From positions 1-31,262 of IMG/VR virus record IMGVR_UViG_3300046779_000743: a stretch of DNA of 31,262 bases; one strand, 5' to 3'. The notes beneath the pieces are model-generated. The model saw nothing but the letters and a program-made list of their open reading frames with translations, was not told the origin of the DNA and ran no database searches. Both the position numbers and the translations under genes were made by a program. The first letter of the stretch is position 1. Each line of letters starts with the position of its first letter. Of the stretch, positions 15,832-24,706 are shown piece by piece. This DNA comes from a virus. Lineage: Duplodnaviria; Caudoviricetes.

Positions 15832-15839
15832 AATAAATA
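15832..15839 (+). promoter_or_regulatory. Late promoter motif (AATAAATA) of the baseplate operon
   Basis: 24 nt upstream of the ATG at 15864; TACGCA lies 15 nt upstream of the TAAATA core. Confidence 0.65.
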
Positions 15840-15863
15840 CTTTACCAAACGGGAAATTAAATT

Positions 15864-16904
15864 ATGACTAGAGCTAGAACATCCTCGGCACCAATGGGAC
15901 AAGGTGTAACACGAACACTAGGCGCAGCGTCTGCGGCCTTTGGAGCAGTTTCTGGAGCAGTTAATACCGCCCAGTCTCTTAGCTCTGCTATATCGTCAGG
16001 GTTTGCTAACGGCGGCGGCGTAGCTGGCGCAATTCGTTCAGTAAATTTACCAGCAGCTGGAGAAGCAGTTGGCGATTTAGTTGATGCGTTTTCAGCGTTT
16101 GGCGGAAGCGAAGCAAACGAAAACGATTGGCGTGTCAGGTTAAGTCTCCCAAGGTGGGTATCGTTTAAAAATAGCCCAGTATTAAAGCCACTTAAAGATG
16201 CAGGCGGCTTAATTTTCCCTTATACACCGCAGATTACAATTAAGTCTTCGGCAAGATATACAGCAGAATCAGTCATTCATTCTAACTATACGTTTAATGC
16301 ATTTAAATCAAGTGACCCTGGCACTATCGATATTACGGCACCTATGAACGTTGAAGATTCTGAGCAAGCTCTTTACTGGATTGCTGCGGTTCATTATTTA
16401 CGTAGCATAGCCAAAATGTTCAGCGGAAATGATCCAAAGGCTGGAAACCCTCCGCCTATTGTATTTTTAAACGGCTATGGCAACTATGTGTTTAAAAACG
16501 TACCAGTAGCAATTCAAAGTTTTAACTGCACACTTCCTATGGATGCAGACTATATTGCTACAGATGTTGTAGGATCAGCAGCAGGAGCAATTGCAGGAAT
16601 TGCCGACAGTGTTGGTAATTTTTCAGATACATTAAGCGGAACATTTGGCGGCGCCTTTGGCGGAGCAGTTGGTAGTATTGCAGGCACAGTAAGCGAAGCT
16701 GCTGGTGTGATTGGACAAGTATCTAGTTTAGCTGGGTCATTTGGCATTGGCGGAACAACTAGCGGCGGCCAAGCATATGTTCCTACAAAGAGCCAATTTA
16801 GTATTACATTAGTACCGATGTACAGCAGAGCAAGTGCTAGAAACTTTAGTCTTGATAGATTCGTTCAAGGCGGGTACTTAAACGGAAACTTTGGATACAT
16901 TTAA
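15864..16904 (+). CDS. Baseplate / tail-tube initiator-like protein (gp48/gp54-like by position)
   Basis: First gene of the baseplate operon, before the gp53-like gene; core LIFPYTPQIT...NPPPIVFLNGYG...NVPV flanked by G/A/S-rich segments. Confidence 0.5.
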   Translation: MTRARTSSAPMGQGVTRTLGAASAAFGAVSGAVNTAQSLSSAISSGFANGGGVAGAIRSVNLPAAGEAVGDLVDAFSAFGGSEANENDWRVRLSLPRWVSFKNSPVLKPLKDAGGLIFPYTPQITIKSSARYTAESVIHSNYTFNAFKSSDPGTIDITAPMNVEDSEQALYWIAAVHYLRSIAKMFSGNDPKAGNPPPIVFLNGYGNYVFKNVPVAIQSFNCTLPMDADYIATDVVGSAAGAIAGIADSVGNFSDTLSGTFGGAFGGAVGSIAGTVSEAAGVIGQVSSLAGSFGIGGTTSGGQAYVPTKSQFSITLVPMYSRASARNFSLDRFVQGGYLNGNFGYI

Positions 16905-16905
16905 T

Positions 16906-17205
16906 ATGGCAACTTACTCAAATACAAGCCCTTGGTATAATACACAAACTGTAGAAAATTACCTCGATGTTTTAACAATACGTCCGGTTAGCGCCGAGCC
17001 TGACGATTTTCTTTATACATTAGAAGCACAGTATGCACATCGTCCAGACTTATTAGCATATGACTTATACGGTGATGCAAATCTTTGGTGGGTGTTTATA
17101 CAGCGAAACTTAGATGTATTAGAAGATCCAATTTTTGATTTTGTTCCAGGCAAAAAAATCTACATTCCGAAGAATAGTAGCTTACGTCAAGTGTTAGGAC
17201 TCTAA
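16906..17205 (+). CDS. Baseplate wedge protein, gp53/LysM-like
   Basis: RPDLLAYDLYGDANLWWVF...N...DP...G..IYIP pattern; ATG 1 nt after the previous stop. Confidence 0.8.
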   Translation: MATYSNTSPWYNTQTVENYLDVLTIRPVSAEPDDFLYTLEAQYAHRPDLLAYDLYGDANLWWVFIQRNLDVLEDPIFDFVPGKKIYIPKNSSLRQVLGL

Positions 17206-17206
17206 T

Positions 17207-19393
17207 ATGGATATTTTAGGCGCAACAAGTAATTTAATAGGAAGCGCCGGTTCGGCAGCTTCAAAAATAGTTGATAGCGGCCCTGCTAGTGGGTTGTCTG
17301 GTATTACTGGTGCTGTTGGTAATTTCTTTAGCTCATTAGGCGGTGGCGGAAAAGTTAAATTACCTATAGCAAACACACTATCATCATATGCAAGCTACGA
17401 CTATGTCCTTAGTATTAGTCCAATGACTTTTAAGGATGTAAATTTTCCAGATTCTACTTACAAAGCAGGCAAGAAAATGCCACTTATTTGTAAATCTGCA
17501 AATGCTGATCCGAGTAATAGAATACAAACAGCTTACGGCAAGTATGACTTTTTTATTGACAATTTAAAGTTTGATACAATTATTGGACCTCATAATCCTA
17601 AATCGACCAACGTTACGACAATCCAGTTTGATGTTGTTGAACCATATAGTTTGGGTGTATTTTTGTTGGCAATTCAGACAGCAGCATATAAGGCTGGATT
17701 TAAGAACTGGAGAGATGCTCCGTTTTTATTAACTATTGAATTTAGGGGAATGAAAGAAGATGGCAAGCCTGTCCTAATTCCTGGATGCACAAGACATATT
17801 CCTTTTAAATTTACTACTGTTTTGTTTAAAGCAAACGAGCAAGGTTCGCAGTACAGTATTAATGCTTATGCCACACAAAACATGGCGTTAACTGTAGAAC
17901 ACGCTAACCTCAAAAGTGATACTACTATTAAGGGAAAAACAGTTCAGGAAGTATTACAAACTGGCCCGCAAAGTTTGCAAGCAGTTGTTAACAAAAAACT
18001 TCAAGAATTAGTTAAAGATAAGTCAAAAGCAGTTGCTGATCAAGTACTGATTATGTTCCCGCAAGATGCATCGAGTGCAAATTCACCTAATGCACAAAAT
18101 GCACCTCAGACTTCTACAGCAACAGTTAATCCAAAAGCAGAATCTGATGCTAGTTCTATTTTTACTAAACTAGGTGTAGTCCAGAGTTCAGTTAATCAAA
18201 CGTATATTCAACCAGACGGGCAAGTTAACTTGCTTGGTGCAGCTAGCATGGGATACAGCTTAGATAAAAAAGGTGATTCTACTACTGCTGAAGAAACTGC
18301 AACATATGATGACAAAACTGGCATATGGACACGCGGTAAGATTACAACAAATATTAATGAAGGTAGTTTAAGATTTGCACAAGATTGTGATATTCCTACA
18401 GTAATCAACCAAGTGTTGTTAATGAGTGATTATCCAACAACTGGGTTAGATTCTAACAATACCGACTCTGACGGAATGAAAACTTGGTGGAGAATTGATA
18501 CACAAGTTTACTATATCGAGTCGGAAGAAAACTTAGATAAAACAGGAACTTACCCTAAAATTATTGTCTACAGAATTTTACCATATAAAGCACATGCTAG
18601 TAAATTAACATCTCCAAACCAACCGGCTGAAGGTTTTAAAGCTATTGAAAAGAAAGTTGTTAAAATGTACGAGTACATTTACACAGGCAAAAACACTGAA
18701 GTGTTAAAGTTTGATATTGACTTTAGTATCAACTTTTCTAACGTCCTTGCTGCTGATAGTTTTAAGAAAAACAACGACATAGTGAGTGCAAAAAGCCAAG
18801 CAGGTGTTGTTGATAAACCTTCAGAAGTTGATCAATTACCGGTCGGAAACAAACCTGATAACAAAGCAGGCGCTACTACGTCACAAGTAAAATACACTGG
18901 CACTTCTACATCTTTTGATAGAAAAGGTGGCGGTGGATCAGACGATGCAATTAATCGTGCAGCGAGAGTTTGGCACGATGCTATTACAAATCCTAACGAT
19001 ATGATTAATATTAATCTTGATATCTATGGAGATCCTTTCTGGATTGCAAATAGCGGTCAAGGAAATTATACATCAAAGCCGTCGGGTGTTTCGAAGGATT
19101 TAAATGTTGACGGCACAGTAAATTGGCAAACTAGTGAAGTTGATATCATGATTAAATTTAGAAGCCCGTTTGATATTAAACAAGACACTGGCCTTTATAA
19201 CTTTGGATCAAATAGCCAAGTAGCACCAACAATGGGATTTACTGGACTATATTGTATTAATAGGGTAACTAACCAGTTCAGAGGTGGTCAGTTTAGACAA
19301 ACCTTAAAAGGATTCCGTAGACCACTACAGGAATCTAAAGCAACTCCTAAGAAAGACACAGGAGTTACATCAAACATTCCGCCGAGTAATTAA
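17207..19393 (+). CDS. Baseplate hub protein (gp27 / P2 gpD-like)
   Basis: Position between gp53-like and spike genes; C-terminal LDIYGDP and FTGLYCINRVTNQFRGGQFRQTL hub-type motifs. Confidence 0.65.
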   Translation: MDILGATSNLIGSAGSAASKIVDSGPASGLSGITGAVGNFFSSLGGGGKVKLPIANTLSSYASYDYVLSISPMTFKDVNFPDSTYKAGKKMPLICKSANADPSNRIQTAYGKYDFFIDNLKFDTIIGPHNPKSTNVTTIQFDVVEPYSLGVFLLAIQTAAYKAGFKNWRDAPFLLTIEFRGMKEDGKPVLIPGCTRHIPFKFTTVLFKANEQGSQYSINAYATQNMALTVEHANLKSDTTIKGKTVQEVLQTGPQSLQAVVNKKLQELVKDKSKAVADQVLIMFPQDASSANSPNAQNAPQTSTATVNPKAESDASSIFTKLGVVQSSVNQTYIQPDGQVNLLGAASMGYSLDKKGDSTTAEETATYDDKTGIWTRGKITTNINEGSLRFAQDCDIPTVINQVLLMSDYPTTGLDSNNTDSDGMKTWWRIDTQVYYIESEENLDKTGTYPKIIVYRILPYKAHASKLTSPNQPAEGFKAIEKKVVKMYEYIYTGKNTEVLKFDIDFSINFSNVLAADSFKKNNDIVSAKSQAGVVDKPSEVDQLPVGNKPDNKAGATTSQVKYTGTSTSFDRKGGGGSDDAINRAARVWHDAITNPNDMININLDIYGDPFWIANSGQGNYTSKPSGVSKDLNVDGTVNWQTSEVDIMIKFRSPFDIKQDTGLYNFGSNSQVAPTMGFTGLYCINRVTNQFRGGQFRQTLKGFRRPLQESKATPKKDTGVTSNIPPSN

Positions 19394-19395
19394 GT

Positions 19396-20757
19396 ATGTC
19401 AGATAAAACCGTTGATTACGTATCATCAGAACTACCAGAGTTTAGACCAGGACCGTATCTTGCTAAAGTTGTTAGTATAATTGAAGCTTCCTATATGGGT
19501 ATCTTAGAAGTTAAACTTCAAAGACCAGTGGGTAATAATGACGCTCCAGATCAGCTCTTTACTGTTAGGTACATGTCTCCGTTCTGGGGGCAGACTAGTG
19601 TTGACTATATTGCAGAAGATCCTAACGATTACAATAACACACAAAAGTCTTACGGAATGTGGTTTGTACCGCCCGACGTAGGCACTACTGTTATGGTAAT
19701 CTTTATTGACGGAAATACTAAAGCTGGCTACTGGATCGGTTGTGTACCTGACGAAAGTATGAATTTCATGGTGCCAGGTATGGCCGCGACAAAGTTTGCA
19801 ATAGATGCTAACGGAAAAAGATTGCCAGTAGCGGAATACAATAAATCTGCAAATAAGCAAGTTCAAGAAGCTACAAAAGTTCAAAAGCCTCAACATAATG
19901 ATCAAATAAAATTCTTAGAAGAACAGGGATTATTATTAGATGATATTCGTGGTATTACAACAAGTAGTGCTCGAAGAGAATTACCAAGTTCTGTATTTGG
20001 AATCAGTACACCAGGGCCTGTAGACAAACGATCTGGTGCAAAAAAAGGCAAAGTTGGTAAAGAAGGATTTAAAGTTGACGCATATGTAAGTCGTTTAGGC
20101 GGAACAACATTTGTTATGGACGACGGAGACGATAAGTTTCTACGTAAAACTCACGCCAAGGATGGACCTCCAGAATACGCAGCAATGGAGCAAGGCGAGA
20201 CTGGAGGAAAACCAGATATTCCTCACAACGAATTAGTCCGCATCAGGACACGCACCGGCCATCAAATTTTGCTACACAATAGTGAAGATTTGATTTACAT
20301 TACAAACTCTAGGGGCACTGCTTGGATAGAGTTAACTAGTAATGGAAAAATTGATATCTATGCTGCTGACAGTATCAGTATGCATACTGAAAAAGATTTT
20401 AATGTAACTGCAAAAAATAATATAAATCTAACTTCTCTCGAAGGTAGTATTAATTTAAATGCAAAACTTAATTTCAATGCAACGGCAGCAGGTAGCTGGA
20501 ATATTAAAGCTACTTCTAATGGAAATTTAACAGCTTCTGGCACTACATCTATTACTGGTTCTAGTTCAGTTTTAGTTACAGGCGGAACTATTGATTTGAA
20601 TGGACCTACAGCTACCCAAGCAAGCGAGGCAATAGTTGCGCCTAGAGTACCACAGCATGAGCCGTGGGCAGGACACGAAAATTTACATAACACTACTCTA
20701 AAGTATACAACATCTACTGATACTTTTGAGCAAGTTAAACCAGCGGAGAACCCATAA
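19396..20757 (+). CDS. Baseplate central spike (gp5 / VgrG-like), no lysozyme domain evident
   Basis: OB-fold motif YGMWFVPPDVGTTVMVIF..G....YWIGC, RTRTGHQILL, beta-helix-like C-terminal repeats. Confidence 0.8.
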   Translation: MSDKTVDYVSSELPEFRPGPYLAKVVSIIEASYMGILEVKLQRPVGNNDAPDQLFTVRYMSPFWGQTSVDYIAEDPNDYNNTQKSYGMWFVPPDVGTTVMVIFIDGNTKAGYWIGCVPDESMNFMVPGMAATKFAIDANGKRLPVAEYNKSANKQVQEATKVQKPQHNDQIKFLEEQGLLLDDIRGITTSSARRELPSSVFGISTPGPVDKRSGAKKGKVGKEGFKVDAYVSRLGGTTFVMDDGDDKFLRKTHAKDGPPEYAAMEQGETGGKPDIPHNELVRIRTRTGHQILLHNSEDLIYITNSRGTAWIELTSNGKIDIYAADSISMHTEKDFNVTAKNNINLTSLEGSINLNAKLNFNATAAGSWNIKATSNGNLTASGTTSITGSSSVLVTGGTIDLNGPTATQASEAIVAPRVPQHEPWAGHENLHNTTLKYTTSTDTFEQVKPAENP

Positions 20758-21194
20758 TGTCTTCTAATTTATACGACAAAATTGTACTAAAATCTTCTAA
20801 CAAGTTCGAAGCTCCTAGACAGAAAATGTACAGAGGTTTTAGTACAATCAACGGAAATTCTGAAAATTTTAGCTTATTTGATTTCCAACTAATACAGCAA
20901 GATTTGTTAAACCACTTTAACACTAGACAAGGCGAACGTTTAATGAATCCGTCGTTTGGATGTGTTATTTGGGATTTATTGTATGAACCATTAACACCTG
21001 AAGTTCAGAATCTTATTACTGAAAACGTTAATGCAATTATTAACTATGATCCAAGGATTAGCGCAAGTGAAGTACTTGTAACAAGCTATGAATCTGGTAT
21101 ACAAATAGAATGTATTCTACGTTATTTGCCTTACAACGTAAGCCAAGTAATGCAATTAAGATTTGATCAGTCAAACGGATTATTAACAGCTTAA
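20757..21194 (+). CDS. gp25: Baseplate wedge / sheath initiator (gp25 family)
   Basis: TRQGERLMNPSFGCVIWDLLYEP and YDPRI motifs; TAATG overlap with the spike gene. Confidence 0.92.
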   Translation: MSSNLYDKIVLKSSNKFEAPRQKMYRGFSTINGNSENFSLFDFQLIQQDLLNHFNTRQGERLMNPSFGCVIWDLLYEPLTPEVQNLITENVNAIINYDPRISASEVLVTSYESGIQIECILRYLPYNVSQVMQLRFDQSNGLLTA

Positions 21195-21216
21195 TATACG
21201 CACATAATTTTATCAG

Positions 21217-21223
21217 CTAAATA
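21217..21223 (+). promoter_or_regulatory. Late promoter motif (CTAAATA)
   Basis: 18 nt upstream of the gp6 ATG; flanked by inverted repeat tatcag/ctgata; TACGCA lies 15 nt upstream of TAAATA. Confidence 0.55.
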
Positions 21224-21241
21224 CTGATATTAGGACATATT

Positions 21242-24200
21242 ATGAGCGTAACAACTAGACAAAATAAGCTGTTAGCAGCGGAAGATTGGAAAAGAATCTA
21301 CCAAAGTTTTCGTAACGCAGACTTTCAAAGCTATGACTTTGAAAACTTGCGTCGTACGATGATTGACTATATCCGCATAAATTATCCAGAAGACTACAAC
21401 GACTACATCGAGTCCAGCGAATACCTTGCCCTTATTGACCTCATTGCGTTCTTGGGCCAAAGCATAGCTTTCCGTGTTGACTTAAATGCTCGCGAGAACT
21501 TTTTGGAATTAGCAGAGCGTCGTGATAGCGTACTCCGTCTAGCAAGGTTAATTAGTTACAACGCCAAGCGTAATATTGCAGGAAGCGGCCTATTAAAGTT
21601 TAACAGCATTTCGACTACTGAAGCAGTAATTGATAGCAACGGACGAAATATGTCTGGCCAAATTATTGTGTGGAATGATCCTAGTAATAGTAACTGGTAC
21701 GACCAATTCATTAAAGTTATTAATGCATCGTTCCCTCAAATTCAACAATTTGGCAAGCCTGCAGATAGCGGAACAATTTATGGTATTCCTACCGAGCAGT
21801 ACCAGTTTAACAACGTTTCTACTAATGTTCCTGTGTTTGCATTTACAAAAACAGTTGCTGGCCGTCCGATGAATTTTGAAATCACTAGCACTACATTCAA
21901 GGGACAAAATTACATCTACGAAGATCCTCCTAAGATTGGAAATCAAATTAGCTGTATCTATAGAGATGACGGCCACGGTGCTGGAAGCCCAAGCACTGGG
22001 TTCTTTTTAAGGTTTGTACAAGGTACACTTAATACTGGTACATTTACAGTAAATCAACCAAGTAGCAATCAGTCAATTGATATTGATGCACAAAATATTA
22101 ACAACTCCGACGTTTGGTTATACAAAATTGATCAGAACGGTTTAGAATACGAAGATTGGACACCTGTGTCTAATTTTGAAGCAAATAACATTATCTATAA
22201 CAGTTTAAGCAAAAACATTCGAAACATTTACGCAGTCCTAACTAGAGTAAATGATTCTGTTAGCCTACAGTTTAGTGATGGCACATTTGGTAATCTACCA
22301 ATTGGAACATTTAGAACTTACTATAGAGTAAGCAACGGATTGTCGTACACAATTAATACTAGTGATATTAGAAACGTATCAATTAGTTTTCCATATATTT
22401 CTGCAACTGGTCAAACTGAAACATTAACGCTGTCTTTAAACTTAGCAACTAGTGTTTCAAATGCAGCGATTGCAGAAACAAATGCAGAAATTAAAGCAAA
22501 TGCACCAGCAACTTTCTATACTCAAAATAGAATGATTACTGGCGAGGACTACAACATTAGCCCACTTTCTGTTACTACAGCAGTTGCAAAAATTAAAGCA
22601 ATTAACAGAACAAGTAGCGGTATTAGCAGATACTTTGATATTATTGACCCAACAGGAAAATATAGTTCCACTACTTTATTTGCAGACGATGGTGTTATCT
22701 ATAAAGAAAAGTTTATTAATCAAACTACGTTTACATATCAAACAAGAACAGATATTAATGCAATAATTTATAACACTGTGTTTGATATTTTAGAAAAGAA
22801 AAACTTAAGAAACTTTTATTATTCAGAGTTTATTAAAGAAATTAATAACTTAAACATCACATGGTATAATATTACATCTGATTCTAATTCATGTACTGGT
22901 TATGTAGGCGATGATACTGGAACCATTTATAAAGTTGGATCATTCACTCAAACAGATTTAAAATACATGTCTGTTGGATCGTTGATTAATTTTACAGCAC
23001 CCGATGGTTGGTATTTTGATACAAAGAATTCTAATAACCTTGTTTACAATCCAACAACTAAAGTTGGCATGGTTACTAACTTGTGGTCAGAAGTTGTAAA
23101 TGTTGTTGATGACGGAACAGCATCAAATACTGGAACACTAAGCACAGGATTTGGACCAATTACATTAAATCAAATAGTTCCATCAGCAGCAGGTCGTCGT
23201 CCTATTATTACTAGAGTTATTCCTAAGTGGAAAACAGTAATTGATAGTTCTACCATCGCGACAATGATTGATTTAATTTTTGCTAACAAGCCATTTGGTT
23301 TAAGATATGACAGAGAAAATCAAAAGTGGCAAATTGTTTTTGAAGCAAACTTAGATACAGTTAGCTTGTTTAGTCTAGCAAAGACCGGTGACACTAGCCG
23401 TCAGCAACAAGATGCTAGTTGGTTAATTTTATTCACAACTGACAACGTAACTTATACTATTACAAGTAGAGAACAGCGATACATCTTTGAAAGCGATAAG
23501 CAAATTCGATTCTATTTTGATAAGAGTAAAAAAGTTTTTGATAGCAGAACTGATTCAATTGTTAAGGATCAGATTAGCGTACTAAGCATTAACTTGCTGC
23601 CAGATAATAGCGGCTCTTCTTTTACAGTAGATCACTTATGGGATGTTGACAGCGAATTTATTGGCCTTGATGGGTATGTAGACACTAAGAAATTAGTTAT
23701 TACATTTGCCGATAGTGATGACGACGGTGTAGTAGACGATCCTGAAATTTTTACAAATATTGTTATTAACCCAAATACACTGTCTTATACTTACGTGGTG
23801 TTAGAAAAGTATCAAATAACAACTGGTCAAGATGATTACAGATACTTTGATAATTCAAATAATACTGTTCTTATTAGGTCATCGCAGAATGCAGTTTCCT
23901 TAAACGATAAAGTTAACGGCCAATATTTTTATTTTGAAGATACTAACGTTGTAAAGAAATATGATAATACAACTGGTAGTTTTGTTGTTACGTTAGACTA
24001 CAAAGTATTTGTAGGCAGAGATAACCTAAAATTCCAGTATTCTCATAGTGCTGATTATGACAGCAGAATCGATGCTGGCGCAAGTAACATTATTGACGTA
24101 TATGTTTTAACAAAAACATATGATACAAATTATAGACAATGGGTGTCCGGAGCAATATCCGCAGAGCCGCTACCACCAGGTAGCGATGAATTGTACGATA

Positions 24201-24706
24201 CATTGTCTCCTAACTTGAACCTAATCAAGTCAATTAGCGATGAAATAATTTATCATCCAGTTCGATATAAAGTGTTGTTTGGTAGTTCGGCAAAGCCTGA
24301 GTTACAAGCAACATTTAAAGTAGTTAAGAACCCAACTAGGGTAGTTTCTGATAATGACGTCAAGTCAAGAATAGTTGCTGCAATGAACCAATTCTTTAGT
24401 TTAGATAGTTGGGATTTCGGTGACACATTCTACTTTACAGAATTGTCAGCATATGTTGTAAATCAATTATCGCCAGATATTACTAGCTTTGTTATTGTTC
24501 CAAAGCAAAGTGGATTAGGCTTTGGCGGTTTATTTGAAATCCAATCTAACAGCGATGAGTTATTCATCAGCAGTGCAACAGTGTCAGATATTGAAATTAT
24601 CTCTAGCATTACTGCAAGCAATATTAAAGCAGTGGCTGGTACTACAACAGTATCTAATGTAACATCACAACAATCAATCACAAGTTCGACATACGGGAGT
24701 AATTAA
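21242..24706 (+). CDS. gp6: Baseplate wedge subunit (gp6-like), 1154 aa
   Basis: YDFENLR, DYIESSE, ENFLELAERRDSVLRLARLISY, FSDGTFGNLP, QNRMITGEDY; follows gp25. Confidence 0.88.
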   Translation: MSVTTRQNKLLAAEDWKRIYQSFRNADFQSYDFENLRRTMIDYIRINYPEDYNDYIESSEYLALIDLIAFLGQSIAFRVDLNARENFLELAERRDSVLRLARLISYNAKRNIAGSGLLKFNSISTTEAVIDSNGRNMSGQIIVWNDPSNSNWYDQFIKVINASFPQIQQFGKPADSGTIYGIPTEQYQFNNVSTNVPVFAFTKTVAGRPMNFEITSTTFKGQNYIYEDPPKIGNQISCIYRDDGHGAGSPSTGFFLRFVQGTLNTGTFTVNQPSSNQSIDIDAQNINNSDVWLYKIDQNGLEYEDWTPVSNFEANNIIYNSLSKNIRNIYAVLTRVNDSVSLQFSDGTFGNLPIGTFRTYYRVSNGLSYTINTSDIRNVSISFPYISATGQTETLTLSLNLATSVSNAAIAETNAEIKANAPATFYTQNRMITGEDYNISPLSVTTAVAKIKAINRTSSGISRYFDIIDPTGKYSSTTLFADDGVIYKEKFINQTTFTYQTRTDINAIIYNTVFDILEKKNLRNFYYSEFIKEINNLNITWYNITSDSNSCTGYVGDDTGTIYKVGSFTQTDLKYMSVGSLINFTAPDGWYFDTKNSNNLVYNPTTKVGMVTNLWSEVVNVVDDGTASNTGTLSTGFGPITLNQIVPSAAGRRPIITRVIPKWKTVIDSSTIATMIDLIFANKPFGLRYDRENQKWQIVFEANLDTVSLFSLAKTGDTSRQQQDASWLILFTTDNVTYTITSREQRYIFESDKQIRFYFDKSKKVFDSRTDSIVKDQISVLSINLLPDNSGSSFTVDHLWDVDSEFIGLDGYVDTKKLVITFADSDDDGVVDDPEIFTNIVINPNTLSYTYVVLEKYQITTGQDDYRYFDNSNNTVLIRSSQNAVSLNDKVNGQYFYFEDTNVVKKYDNTTGSFVVTLDYKVFVGRDNLKFQYSHSADYDSRIDAGASNIIDVYVLTKTYDTNYRQWVSGAISAEPLPPGSDELYDTLSPNLNLIKSISDEIIYHPVRYKVLFGSSAKPELQATFKVVKNPTRVVSDNDVKSRIVAAMNQFFSLDSWDFGDTFYFTELSAYVVNQLSPDITSFVIVPKQSGLGFGGLFEIQSNSDELFISSATVSDIEIISSITASNIKAVAGTTTVSNVTSQQSITSSTYGSN

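Noticed and set aside
15783-15902. 40-aa N-terminal extension of the gp55-like ORF
   Set aside because: Overlaps the divergent gene and its promoter; TTG at 15782 has a well-spaced GGAG.
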